DNA from: an uncultured Gemmatimonadota bacterium
GTDB lineage: Bacteria > Blakebacterota > Blakebacteria > Blakebacterales > Blakebacteraceae
Direction: 5' to 3'
DNA length: 64,000 nt
Assembly (NCBI GenBank): GCA_964576115.1
Contig: CAZNUA010000001.1
Location: 1 to 64,000 of the forward strand
Shown: positions 39,590-49,617 of the stretch, in pieces
Position numbering within the stretch: position 1 is the stretch's first letter
How the letters are laid out: each line of letters begins with the position of its first letter
Made by a program: the position numbers and the translations under genes
The notes under the pieces: generated by a model
What the model saw: only the letters and a program-made list of their open reading frames with translations
Database searches by the model: none
What the model was told of the DNA's origin: nothing

Positions 39590-39723
39590 ACGAACGAGAA
39601 AGACAAAACAGGACCGGCCTGACCGGCAGGCTATCCGGCATACTGCGTTCGACGCCCCGGTCCCGCCGGTGATATGCTTCCGGCTGTCACCCTTCCCGTC
39701 CACGGCAGCCGGAGGCAGGAGTC

Positions 39724-40998
39724 ATGTCGAGCCGTCCTCTCAGAGACCGTCGCAGCTTCCTGAAGAGTTCCCTGGCCGCGGCGGCCACGATCACGATCGT
39801 GCCCCGCCGGGTCTTGGGAGGCCAGGGGCACACCCCTCCCAGCGAGGAACTGACCCGGGCCATCATCGGCGTGGGCGGTATGGGCCGCGGCCACATCCGC
39901 TATGAAGGAGCGCGACTGCTGGCCGTCTGCGATGTGGACCAGGGTCATCTCGACCGGGCCCGGGAAGAGGCCGGATCCGGGGTGAAAGGCTATCACGACT
40001 TCCGTGAGGTTCTGGACCGGACCGACATCGATATCGTGCACATCGCCACCCCGCCCCACTGGCACGGACTGATCGCCGCAGCGGCGGCCGAGGCAGGCAA
40101 GGACATCTGGTGCGAGAAGCCGATGACCCGCACCATCGGCGAGGGTCAAAAGGTGGTCGAGGCGGTGCGGCGCAACGGGCGCATCTTCCGCCTCAACACC
40201 TGGTTCCGCTTCACCGACAACTTCTACGGTATGGGCACGACGGTGAAGCAGATCAAGAAGGTGGTCGAGAACCGCCTGCTCGGCTGGCCGCTCAAAGTGA
40301 CCGTGAGCGGCGTGACCGGTTTCGACTGGAAGTTCTACTGGAGCGGGCGTCACGATCTGGTCCCGCAGCCGGTGCCACCCGAACTCGATTACGACTTCTG
40401 GCTCGGTCCCGCACCGGTCAAACCCTACCACCCCCACCGGGTCCATTCCTCATTCCGCGGCTATTGGGACTATGACGGGGGTGGTCTCGGCGACATGGGT
40501 CAGCACTACCTCGACCCGGTTCAGTACCTGATCGAGAAGGACGACACCAGCCCGGTCCAGGTGTCGATAGACGCCCCCCAGCAACACCCCGACGCGGTCG
40601 GTTCGTGGCGGCGCATCACCTACCGCTACGCCGACGGCTGCGAGATCGTGCTCGACGGCGCCAACAGCGACACCGAAGCGGCCTATATCGAAGGTCCCGA
40701 AGGGCGGCTCTATCGGGGTTTCCGCTCCGATCTGCCCGATTTCGAGCGCCTTGTGGCCGACCTGCCCGAACCCACCGAGCAGGTGACCGATTTCCACGAA
40801 GCGGTGCGCATCCGCACCCCCTTCGCCCTGAACGAGTCCAACGGTCACCGCTCGTGCACGATCGTGAACCTGGGGGTGATCGCTCTGCGCCTGCGGCGCG
40901 ACCTGCGTTACGATCCCGTCGCCCAACGCTTCACCGACGATACCGAAGCCAACCGCCTCGTCACCCAGCCCATGCGCGCTCCCTGGCACCTGGTCTAG
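39724..40998 (+). CDS. Tat-exported Gfo/Idh/MocA oxidoreductase
   Basis: DRRSFLK; IIGVGGMG, IATPPHWH, CEKP, WLGPAP, GGLGDMGQHYLD. Confidence 0.93.
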   Translation: MSSRPLRDRRSFLKSSLAAAATITIVPRRVLGGQGHTPPSEELTRAIIGVGGMGRGHIRYEGARLLAVCDVDQGHLDRAREEAGSGVKGYHDFREVLDRTDIDIVHIATPPHWHGLIAAAAAEAGKDIWCEKPMTRTIGEGQKVVEAVRRNGRIFRLNTWFRFTDNFYGMGTTVKQIKKVVENRLLGWPLKVTVSGVTGFDWKFYWSGRHDLVPQPVPPELDYDFWLGPAPVKPYHPHRVHSSFRGYWDYDGGGLGDMGQHYLDPVQYLIEKDDTSPVQVSIDAPQQHPDAVGSWRRITYRYADGCEIVLDGANSDTEAAYIEGPEGRLYRGFRSDLPDFERLVADLPEPTEQVTDFHEAVRIRTPFALNESNGHRSCTIVNLGVIALRLRRDLRYDPVAQRFTDDTEANRLVTQPMRAPWHLV

Positions 40999-41010
40999 AG
41001 GAGAGGAACG

Positions 41011-42968
41011 ATGACGACTTCAGTGTTCTCCCGCCCGTTCGGTTCCCTTCTCGGTCTCGCTGCCGGCCTTCTCCTCACAGCCGGTTGTGCCGGGTCGGCC
41101 GCCACGACCGCTCCACCCCCTCCCGAGGCCGAAACGCTGGCACTGCTGGCCCGGATGCCGGCCGGGACCACGACCGAGGAGAACGCCCTGTGTACCGACC
41201 TGCTGGCCGGGGGGCAGGCCCGGATCCTCGACGTGTGCCGCCAGCTCCTGCCGCCCGGTCAGACGGCCGGGGCCGATTCCTCGGCCCGCTTCGCCCTGGA
41301 GGGCCTGGCCCGGTGGGCCGGCCGACCGGGCGCCGCCGAGGATCGCGCTCTCTTCGAACAGGCCCTGCTCGCCGCCCTGGAAGCCGAACCGGAGTCCGAA
41401 GTGCGGGCCTTCCTGCTGGCCCGGCTCCAGCCGGTCGCCTCCGACGAGGCGGTGCCGACCGCGGCCTCCTTCCTGGCCGACGAACGCCTCTGCGAGCCGG
41501 CCGCCCGGATTCTCATCGCGCTGGGTTCCGATGCTGCCGGAGAGGCCCTGCTCACCGCCCTGCCCCGTTCGGCAGGAGCCACGACCCTCACCCTGGTCAA
41601 AGCTCTCGGTGACCTGCGCTTCGCCCCGGCCGTATACGAGATCTGGCGCCACAGCGCCTCGCCCGACCGGGCCCTGCGCGAAGCCGCCCTGTATGCCCTC
41701 GCTTCCATCGGTCCGGTCTCCACGCCCGACCTGCTGGCCGAAGCCTCGAGCAGCGGCCCCCCCTCGGCCCGGGCGCGGGCCCTCTCCTACCGCCTCCTCT
41801 ACGCCCGGCGGCTGGCCGAAGCCGGAGACGAAGCCGGGGCGTCCGCCCTGTGCCGGGAGATCGTGCGCGATGCCGCCCAACCGGTCAGCGCCCGGATCGC
41901 CGCCCTGAATACCGAGGCCGATCTGGTCGGCTCAGGGGCCTTCAGCGACATGGTCCATGCCCTGCAGTCGGGGCAGCCGCAACTGCAGGCTGCGGTCGCC
42001 GATCTGGTGGCCAGGATCCCCGGCGAGAATGCGACCCTGTACTGGCTGAACTACCAGGCCCACCTGCTTCCCGGGCTGCGCGGGAAGATCCGGACCGCCC
42101 TGCGGGCCCGGGTCGAGGACTGGCCGATCGACGCCCTGCTGGCTGCCATCCCCGTCTGGGACGATCAGCTGGCCCGGATGGCCTGGGCTGAACAGGACTC
42201 CACGGCACTCGTGGCCGAGGGCTTCGAGTGTCTGTTCAACGGCCGCGACCTGACCGGCTGGATCGGAGACACCATCGGGTACGTGGTTGAGGACGGCATG
42301 ATCGTGGTCGATCCCCAGCGGCGCGGCGGCGGAGGGAACCTGTACACCGCCGCCGAATACGACGACTTCATCTTCCGCTTCCAGTTCCGGCTCACCCCGG
42401 GAGCCAACAACGGCCTGGGCATCCGCGCCCCGCTGGAGGGTGACGCCGCCTACGTGGGCATGGAACTGCAGATCCTGGACAACTACGCCGAGCAGTACGC
42501 CGAGCTGCAGCCGTACCAGTACCACGGTTCGATCTACGGGGTGGTACCGGCCAGGCGGCGCGAACTGGCTCCGGCCGGCGAGTGGAACACCCAGGAGGTG
42601 ATCGCCGACGGACGGCACATCACCGTCATTCTCAACGGAACGGTGATCGTGGACGCCGATCTGTATGAGGCCGGTACGCCCGCTACCATGGACGGGCGCG
42701 ACCACCCTGGGCTGGCCCGCAACTCGGGCCACATAGGCTTTCTGGGTCACGGCTCGCAGGTGGAGTTCCGCAAGATCTGGATCAAATCCCTGGCCGACCC
42801 GGAGGNNNNNNNNNNNNNNNNNNNNNNNNNNNNNNNNNNNNNNNNNNNNNNNNNNNNNNNNNNNNNNNNNNNNNNNNNNNNNNNNNNNNNNNNNNNNNNN
42901 NNNNNGGCTCGCAGGTGGAGTTCCGCAAGATCTGGATCAAATCCCTGGCCGACCCGGAGGGCGGCTAG
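41011..42968 (+). CDS. HEAT-repeat plus DUF1080 (3-keto-disaccharide hydrolase-like) lipoprotein; spans the scaffold gap
   Basis: Lipobox TAGC; HEAT-like helices; LFNGRDLTGW, GANNGLGIR, ELQILD, HGSIYG, GEWN, GHIGFLGHG..VEFRKIWIK. After collapsing the gap overlap the stop is TAG 42966-42968. Confidence 0.88.
42806..42905. other. 100-N scaffold gap flanked by an exact 55-bp duplication (assembly artefact)
   Basis: 42751-42805 is identical to 42906-42960. Confidence 0.95.
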
Positions 42969-43034
42969 AGGGTCTTTCAAACATCTTCCCGGATCGACAC
43001 CCCCGCCCGAGCGGGATGACCGTCCGTCATACTA

Positions 43035-43069
43035 TCCCCTGCCGGTTATATATACTGCATTGCAGGGGA
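43035..43069 (+). promoter_or_regulatory. Candidate PadR operator/promoter palindrome
   Basis: tcccctgc...gcagggga enclosing tatatata and ctgca-t-tgcag, about 100 bp upstream of the PadR gene. Confidence 0.35.
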
Positions 43070-43165
43070 AACATTCCGGCCTCCTCGACCGTATCTCCCT
43101 GACAGGACCACGAATCGGTCATCCCCGGCCACCCCGGCCGTATCCGTGAGGGGAGTGAGCGTCTC

Positions 43166-43510
43166 ATGCCGAAACCGCTGGGAGACTTCGAGAAACTGAT
43201 CCTCTTCGCCCTGCTCCGGCTGGGCGAGGAGGCCTATGGGGCTGCGATCCAGCGCGAGATTGCGGCCCGTACCGGGCGCGATGTCGCCATCGGGGCAGTG
43301 TACACCGCCCTGCACCGCCTGCAGAAGCACGGCTTCATCACCGCCCGGATGGGCGAACCGACCCCGGAACGGGGCGGGCGGCGCAAGAAATTCTATTCCC
43401 TGGAACCGGTCGGCGCCCGGGCTCTTGATGAGGCATATGAGATGCTCAGGCGGATGGCCGAGGGGACCAATGCCCGGCTCGAAGCCCTGACGGAGACCGG
43501 CGATGCCTGA
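43166..43510 (+). CDS. PadR family transcriptional regulator
   Basis: LGDFEKLILFALLRL, AYG, GAVYTALHRLQKHG, RGGRRKKFY. Confidence 0.93.
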   Translation: MPKPLGDFEKLILFALLRLGEEAYGAAIQREIAARTGRDVAIGAVYTALHRLQKHGFITARMGEPTPERGGRRKKFYSLEPVGARALDEAYEMLRRMAEGTNARLEALTETGDA

Positions 43511-46268
43511 ACACGATCCCGCTGGAACATATCGCCGGCCACTGCGATTGCCCCGATTCGGACTCGTCCTGCTGCGGCTCCGCTTCCCCGGCGATACCGG
43601 CGAAGCCCTGACCGGTGATCTGATCGAGGGTTTCGGAGCGATCCTCTCTTCCGGCGAGGGTATCCGTTCCGCCCGCGCCTGGTTTCGCCGGCAGGCCCTG
43701 CGCAGCGCCTTCAGCCGTCTGCCCCGCCGCGGCTTGAGTACGATTCTCGGACGCACCGGGGATCGGAGTCCAGCTCCTCACGGCAGCCCGCCGGAATCCC
43801 CGTTCGGCAGGACCCCGGACCGTTTCCTCACGGCTGGAAGCAACCTTGGTCTCACCTTCCGTCAGGCAGCACGCACTCTCACCCGGCGCCCCCTGATGAC
43901 GCTCATCTCCGCCTTCACCCTGGCGCTGGGGATCAGCGCTTCTACGATCATCTTCAGCATCGCCTGGAGCACCACCATCCGCTCCCTCCCCTTCCCCGAT
44001 TCCGAGGAACTGGTGGGCGTCAATCGCCTGACTCCCCAGGTGACCGGCTCCAATCCCTCTCTCGGCACCCTGCACAATATCTGGATGACACCGTACGCCC
44101 TCTATCGCGACTGGGCCGGACTCAGCACCTCTTTCGCCGCCATGGGAACCTATGCCGGGCGAGGCGTGACCCTGACCGGAGAGGGCGAAGCCGAACGTTT
44201 CGTCGGCATGCGGACGACCTCGGGAGTCTTCGCCGCCCTGGGAATCGAAGCCGCTCTCGGCCGGGTCCTGCTGCCCGAAGACGACGCCGTCGGCGCCCCG
44301 CCCGTGACATTGCTGAGTCACGCCGTCTGGCAGAGCCGCTTCGGCGCCGATCCGGCCGTCATCGGTCAGGACGTGGTTCTCAACGGGACGTCATACACCA
44401 TTGTCGGTGTCATGCCCCGGGGCTTTCTCTTCCCCTATGAAGGGGTAGCTTTCTGGTTCACTCTCTTCGACGAAGAAAAGACAAGTGACTACCGGCCCGG
44501 CGGATACCTCAAGGTGATCGCGCGGCTGCGGCCGGACGTATCGATCGAACAGGCCCAGGCGGAAATGGACGGGATCGTCAGCCACCTGGCCGAGGAATAC
44601 CCTGAAGAAGAAGAGCACGGGATACGGCTGACCGAGTACCACCAGCTCATCGTCGGCGGGAGTGATTCCGGCCTGATCATCCTCATCGGGGCGGTAGTCA
44701 TGGTCCTGCTCATCACATGCGCCAATATCGCCGGTCTGCTCCTGGTGCGGACTGTCGAGCGACGGCGGGAACTCGCGCTCCGCGCCGCGCTGGGAGCCGG
44801 CCGCCGCAACCTCATCGCGCAATCCCTGGTCGAGAGCCTGCTCCTTTCTCTCATCGGCGGTCTGCTGGGGCTCACCCTCGCCGTGGCCGGACTGCGTCCC
44901 TTTGTGGCCCTTTTCCCCGGCCAGCTCCCGCCGACTGGAGAGATCAGAGTCGACTCATTTCTTTTCGTCATTGCTCTGCTGCTCACAGTCACAGTCGGAA
45001 TCGTCATCGGACTCATACCCGCACTGCGCACCGCGCGGACTCCCGCCATGGCAACGATCCGTGAGGTTTCCGGCCGGGCGGGCGGGGGACATCAGCGCAA
45101 CCGGACCCAGGCCGGTCTGGTCATCACCCAGGTCATGCTCAGTTTCGCCCTGCTGACCGGGGCAGGATTACTGGTCAAGAGCTATCGTTGTCTGAACCAG
45201 GTCGATCCGGGCTTCGAGACTGAGAACATGCTCATCATGGATGTCGTTCTTCCCAACGAATACCGCGATTCCAGAGCCGAGCAGTACAATTTCTTCACCT
45301 CTCTCTTTGAGCAGCTCGAAGCTCTGCCTGGCCTGGCCGGGGTGGCGGCGGTCGAGCAGGTACCGATGCTGTCGGGGCTTTCCTCTCCGCCGGTACAACT
45401 GGAAACTTCAACCGGCATCATCCTGGCAGCTATCCACATCGCCAACGTGACCCCCTCGTACTTCGAAGTCATGGACATTCCGATCCTGTCTGGACGTGGA
45501 CTGACCTCCACCGATCGCTACGGCAACCTGCCGGTGACGGTCATCAACCGTGCCCTGGCCGACCGCTACTGGCCCGAAGAGGATCCGATCGGACGGCGGA
45601 TCAATGTCGGGAGCGAGGAGGAGCCGTCCTGGTTGACCGTCGTCGGGGTATCAGCCGACATCCGTTACCGGCCTCAAATGGAGCCGTTTCCGGAATTCTA
45701 TGTCTCCATCAACCAGTTCCCGCAGTGGTATCTGAGCGTGCTGATGAAAACGGCGGTTGATCCTCTGACCCTGGCCGGACCGGCCCGGGAAACCGTCCGG
45801 GAGCTGAATGCCGATATCCCCATCGACGTCAGTCTTTATGCCGAGCGCGTCAAGAACTCCTCTCTGCTGCAGGGACCCCGTATCGGCGCCTGGGCCCTGG
45901 GGGCGCTGGCTCTGGTGGCAGTTCTGCTCACGATCATGGGACTTTACGGCACCCTGGCCTTCGTGGTGGCGCGCCAGACCCGGGAAATCGGAATCCGTAT
46001 CGCCCTGGGAGCCGACCACGCACGTCTGATTCGCAACGTCCTCAAACGTGGGCTCGCGCTGGTGGCGATCGGACTCGTCCTCGGGTTGGGCCTCGCCCTG
46101 GCGTTGGGCGGCCTGCTCGAGGCGGTGCTCTTCGGCATTCAGCCGACCGATCCGCTGACTCTGGCCGAGGTCGTTCTGCTCATCATCTCGGCCGGCCTGG
46201 CGGCCAGCTGGTTGCCGGCCCATCGGGCCACGGCGGTCGATCCAATCAACTGCCTGCGACAGGAATAA
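43503..46268 (+). CDS. ADOP-type ABC permease with N-terminal permease-prefix region
   Basis: N-terminal EALTGDLIEGF prefix; TLALGISAST, LLITCANIAGL, RRRELALRAALGA, QTREIGIRIALGA; overlaps the PadR gene. Confidence 0.92.
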   Translation: MPEHDPAGTYRRPLRLPRFGLVLLRLRFPGDTGEALTGDLIEGFGAILSSGEGIRSARAWFRRQALRSAFSRLPRRGLSTILGRTGDRSPAPHGSPPESPFGRTPDRFLTAGSNLGLTFRQAARTLTRRPLMTLISAFTLALGISASTIIFSIAWSTTIRSLPFPDSEELVGVNRLTPQVTGSNPSLGTLHNIWMTPYALYRDWAGLSTSFAAMGTYAGRGVTLTGEGEAERFVGMRTTSGVFAALGIEAALGRVLLPEDDAVGAPPVTLLSHAVWQSRFGADPAVIGQDVVLNGTSYTIVGVMPRGFLFPYEGVAFWFTLFDEEKTSDYRPGGYLKVIARLRPDVSIEQAQAEMDGIVSHLAEEYPEEEEHGIRLTEYHQLIVGGSDSGLIILIGAVVMVLLITCANIAGLLLVRTVERRRELALRAALGAGRRNLIAQSLVESLLLSLIGGLLGLTLAVAGLRPFVALFPGQLPPTGEIRVDSFLFVIALLLTVTVGIVIGLIPALRTARTPAMATIREVSGRAGGGHQRNRTQAGLVITQVMLSFALLTGAGLLVKSYRCLNQVDPGFETENMLIMDVVLPNEYRDSRAEQYNFFTSLFEQLEALPGLAGVAAVEQVPMLSGLSSPPVQLETSTGIILAAIHIANVTPSYFEVMDIPILSGRGLTSTDRYGNLPVTVINRALADRYWPEEDPIGRRINVGSEEEPSWLTVVGVSADIRYRPQMEPFPEFYVSINQFPQWYLSVLMKTAVDPLTLAGPARETVRELNADIPIDVSLYAERVKNSSLLQGPRIGAWALGALALVAVLLTIMGLYGTLAFVVARQTREIGIRIALGADHARLIRNVLKRGLALVAIGLVLGLGLALALGGLLEAVLFGIQPTDPLTLAEVVLLIISAGLAASWLPAHRATAVDPINCLRQE

Positions 46269-46438
46269 CTCTGACAGAATCCCTATTTCTTCTTTTCCTC
46301 GTGCCTTGCCGGCTGGACGCCTCGGCCCCCTCGATACGTTACCGTATTGACGATGCAGTATACTCAGATTCGGCGATGTCACAGGCAGCGATCCCGGGAT
46401 CGGCGATTTCAGGGTTGGATTATCCCGTGATTACTGTA

Positions 46439-46447
46439 TGTTATAAG
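46439..46447 (+). promoter_or_regulatory. Extended -10 (TGnTATAAG) candidate for csp
   Basis: tgttataag in an AT-rich patch about 180 bp upstream of the csp start. Confidence 0.4.
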
Positions 46448-46484
46448 GGCTAGCACGACGTAGAGGCAGTACCCGAGGGATATT

Positions 46485-46530
46485 AAAAATGCACCGGGGG
46501 TGATACGTCACGGACCGGTGCATTTTTCTT
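46485..46530 (+). terminator. Terminator-like hairpin inside the putative csp leader
   Basis: aaaaatgcaccgg/ccggtgcattttt 13-bp IR followed by ctttct. Confidence 0.5.
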
Positions 46531-46628
46531 TCTCGCCAGGAACAGCTCCACGTTGTACGGATGAGCCGGGTCGCGACCCGGCGGAATGAATCGGGCCTCC
46601 GGGCCCGGGAAACAAAGGGAACACGGAC

Positions 46629-46832
46629 ATGGCACAAGGTACAGTGAAGTGGTTCAACGACTCCAAGGGTTACGGTTTCATCACTCTCGATGACGGCACC
46701 AAGGACTGTTTCGTGCACCACTCCGCAATCCAGGGTGAAGGCTTCAAAACCCTCTCCGAGGGTGAGAAAGTCGAGTTCGAGATCGTCGAGGGCGAAAAAG
46801 GCCCCGCCGCTGAGAACGTTCGCAAGATCTGA
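46629..46832 (+). CDS. Cold-shock protein (CspA family)
   Basis: [15 protein letters not shown] (RNP1), CFVHHSAI (RNP2), [17 protein letters not shown]. Confidence 0.97.
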   Translation: MAQGTVKWFNDSKGYGFITLDDGTKDCFVHHSAIQGEGFKTLSEGEKVEFEIVEGEKGPAAENVRKI

Positions 46833-46852
46833 AGCTGATCCCGGCGAGTAAC

Positions 46853-46889
46853 AAAAACCTCCCCCGGTCGATGCCGGGGGAGGTTTTTT
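46853..46889. terminator. Bidirectional intrinsic terminator
   Basis: aaaaacctcccccgg-tcgatg-ccgggggaggtttttt between convergent csp and S9 genes. Confidence 0.9.
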
Positions 46890-46920
46890 CTTGCCTGTTC
46901 CATTCTGTGCGCCGGCCGGC

Positions 46921-49581
46921 CTATCTTCCCCGGCCGCCGGTCCCACCGCGTTCGTTCCGTCGCCCCTGATCGGGACTTTGATCGATATCGCGCGTGAGTT
47001 CGATCATGTCGACCGTGTGGGCGTAATCCCCGATCAGGTGCCGACAGAAGTAGTCGGCTCGCAGCCAGAAGAAGTAGTCGTTCATGTTGCCGTAGCCGTG
47101 ACGCTGTCCCGGAAAGATGAACAGGTCGAACCTCTTGTGCGCCCGGATCAGGGCATTGGCCATCCGGATCGTATTGGCCGGGTGCACGTTGTTGTCCACG
47201 TCCCCGGTCGTCAGCAAGAGGTGCCCCTTGAGGTTCTCGGCCAGTTCGGAGTTCTTATCGATGTCGTACTCGAATCCGACCTCCCCTTCGGCGGTGATGA
47301 CTTCGGTCACCCCGTGGTGCTTCTCGCTCCACCACTTGTTGTAGACGTTGTTCTCGTGGTTCCCCGAACTCGAGACCGCGACCGTGAAGAAATCGGGATA
47401 GACGAGCATCGCGGCCGTGGACATGAAGCCCCCGCCCGAATGGCCGAAGATTCCGATCCGGTCGATGTCGATGTAGGAGTGCCGGGCGGAGAGCTGTTCG
47501 ATGGCGGCCTTCTTGTCGGCCAGACCGTAGTCGCGCAGGTCGCCGTAGGAGTAGTTGTGGTACCACTTCGAGCGGTTGGGGTGTCCGCCCCGGTTGCCGA
47601 CCGTGATCACGATGAAGCCGAACTGGGCCAGCGAGGTGGTGGTCGAGTTGGTCGACCAGGCCTTGGCTACGCTCTCGGTCTGCGGTCCCGGGTAGACATA
47701 GGCGATGATCGGGTAGCGGCGCTCGGGGTCGAAATCGAAGGGCTTGTACATCACCCCGTAGATGTCGGTGACCCCGTCATCGGCCTTGACCTGGAAGGCT
47801 TCGGGGAACTGGTAGCCGGCGTTCATGAGCTGGGAGAGGTCGGCTTCCTCGAGGTCCATCAGCTTCTCGCCGCGGTTGTTGTACAGGGCGGACATGGGGG
47901 CGGTATCCACCCGGCTGTAGGTGTCCACGAAGAAGCCCAGTTCGGGATCGAGACTGGCCGAGTGAGTGAAGTTGCCCGCATTGAGCAGAGTCAGCCCCGA
48001 ACCGTCGAGCCGCACCTTGTAGAAATGCTCGAAATAGGGATCTTCACCCGCTTCACGGGCGTTGGCGGTGAAGTAGATCATCCGGTTCTCTTCATCCACC
48101 TCGTGGATCCGGCGGCATGACCAGGGCCCGTTGGTTATCTGGCCCTTCAGCGTGCCGTCCTTGCCGTAGAGGTAGTAGTGCCCCCAGCCGGTTCGCTCCG
48201 ACCACCAGATGAGTTCTTCTGAACCGGACAGGTACTCGAGCCGCTGGGTTTCGATGTAGGTGTTCAGCCGTTCCTCGATCACGACCCGCACCTCGCCGGT
48301 GGTGGCATCGGCCAGACAGACGTCGTTCTTGTGCATGTCGCGGCTCAGGCGGGAGATGAAAATCTCGTTGGGGTCGTCGCTGAGCCAGATCGAGGGCCGG
48401 TGCGCCCGCGGATCGTAGGTGGTGGGAGGACGGCGGGTGTGGACCGAAACGGTCTGATCCTTATAGAGCTCGATCTGGATCGGGGTACGCTCGCGCGAGG
48501 CCACATCGAAGACCCAGACCTCGGTCTGGGGCAGTTCCTCATCGCCCGGCATGGCGTACTTGTAGGTTTCCAGGGTCGGCCGCGGATCGGCGATGTTGTG
48601 GAGCACCCACAGCTCCTCCACGCGCCGCTGGTCGGTCCTCGACACCACGAACTTGCGCGAATCGGGTGACCAGGTCACCCGGGCCCGGGCCCGCTCGCCC
48701 CTGGCTTCTTCTTCCTCTTCCTCGTCCATCCCGCGCCGGACGGCCGACCCGAAGCTGTAGTCCTCTTCGCCGTCATCGGTCAGCTGAACCTCGACGATGG
48801 TGGAGTCCTCGTCATCCTTGACCGTCTTGAGGAGGTTCTCCTTGTCCATCATCCAGAGGTTGTGATCGCGGGCGAAGATCGCCACCGAAGAATCGGGCGC
48901 TACGTCGGCCCAGCTCGGGGGGCGCTCCGGCTCCTCGTAATCCTCCAGGAGAGTGAGCTGCCGGGCAGCCAGATCGTAGCGGAACCAGAGGGTGACCTCG
49001 CTGGGTCGGATGACCTCCTGGCGTCCCCCTCCGCGCCGGCCCCGGGTGCGTTCGGTCTCTTCCTGTTCCTGCTCCTCCTCCCGCTCTTCCTCTTCCTCTT
49101 CGGTCTTGCCGGTATCAGCTGCAGCCGGTTTGGTGCTGCGGACCGAGAAGCGGATGGCGGTGTCACGGTCGATGAACTCGACCGAAGAGATCGGCAGGTG
49201 CTGAGCATCGTACGGATCGTGGGTCAGGCGGGAAAGTTCGGCAGCCATGTGGATCGGGTCGAAGAGGGGCGCTTTGGTCCGCCGCCCCGGGTCAACGAGA
49301 TAAAAAAAGCTGCCGTCGGAAGTCTGCCAGCGGTACCAGAAGCGGTCGCTGTGCTCCAGCCAGCCCGGCCGGATCGAGGTCGAATAGGTGCGCCGGCTCA
49401 GTTTGGCCGAGGTCCACTGCTCGGCCAGCTCGTAGTTGGCGGTCCGGATCCGGTTGTCCTGCAGCTGGTCCTGCTGAGCCTGCAGGTCAGCAGCGGGAAG
49501 CTGTACCAGCAGGGCCGTTGCGAAGGCCGCCGCCAGGGCACCCGTCAGCATCCGGAGTCTGGTCTGCGAAACGGTCGTCAT
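46921..49581 (-). CDS. Secreted S9B (DPP-IV-like) peptidase
   Basis: VYPGPQ, GHSGGG (catalytic Ser), DNNVHP, FPGQRHGY; DPP-IV N-terminal propeller. Confidence 0.93.
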   Translation of the reverse strand: MTTVSQTRLRMLTGALAAAFATALLVQLPAADLQAQQDQLQDNRIRTANYELAEQWTSAKLSRRTYSTSIRPGWLEHSDRFWYRWQTSDGSFFYLVDPGRRTKAPLFDPIHMAAELSRLTHDPYDAQHLPISSVEFIDRDTAIRFSVRSTKPAAADTGKTEEEEEEREEEQEQEETERTRGRRGGGRQEVIRPSEVTLWFRYDLAARQLTLLEDYEEPERPPSWADVAPDSSVAIFARDHNLWMMDKENLLKTVKDDEDSTIVEVQLTDDGEEDYSFGSAVRRGMDEEEEEEARGERARARVTWSPDSRKFVVSRTDQRRVEELWVLHNIADPRPTLETYKYAMPGDEELPQTEVWVFDVASRERTPIQIELYKDQTVSVHTRRPPTTYDPRAHRPSIWLSDDPNEIFISRLSRDMHKNDVCLADATTGEVRVVIEERLNTYIETQRLEYLSGSEELIWWSERTGWGHYYLYGKDGTLKGQITNGPWSCRRIHEVDEENRMIYFTANAREAGEDPYFEHFYKVRLDGSGLTLLNAGNFTHSASLDPELGFFVDTYSRVDTAPMSALYNNRGEKLMDLEEADLSQLMNAGYQFPEAFQVKADDGVTDIYGVMYKPFDFDPERRYPIIAYVYPGPQTESVAKAWSTNSTTTSLAQFGFIVITVGNRGGHPNRSKWYHNYSYGDLRDYGLADKKAAIEQLSARHSYIDIDRIGIFGHSGGGFMSTAAMLVYPDFFTVAVSSSGNHENNVYNKWWSEKHHGVTEVITAEGEVGFEYDIDKNSELAENLKGHLLLTTGDVDNNVHPANTIRMANALIRAHKRFDLFIFPGQRHGYGNMNDYFFWLRADYFCRHLIGDYAHTVDMIELTRDIDQSPDQGRRNERGGTGGRGR

Positions 49582-49617
49582 CGTCCTGTCCTCCTGGAGG
49601 TCACAGTGAGGGTGTCG

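Noticed and set aside
42751-42960. 55-bp direct repeat as a possible att site or target-site duplication
   Set aside because: It flanks an N-gap exactly and lies within a conserved coding motif, so an assembly overlap explains it better.
46455-46530. gtagaggc start resembling a lysine riboswitch
   Set aside because: Remaining lysine-riboswitch stems and length are absent and the downstream gene is csp; kept only as a generic structured leader.
49040-49110. tcc/ttc-rich low-complexity tract
   Set aside because: Encodes a Glu-rich linker in the DPP-IV-like peptidase; not a DNA repeat element.
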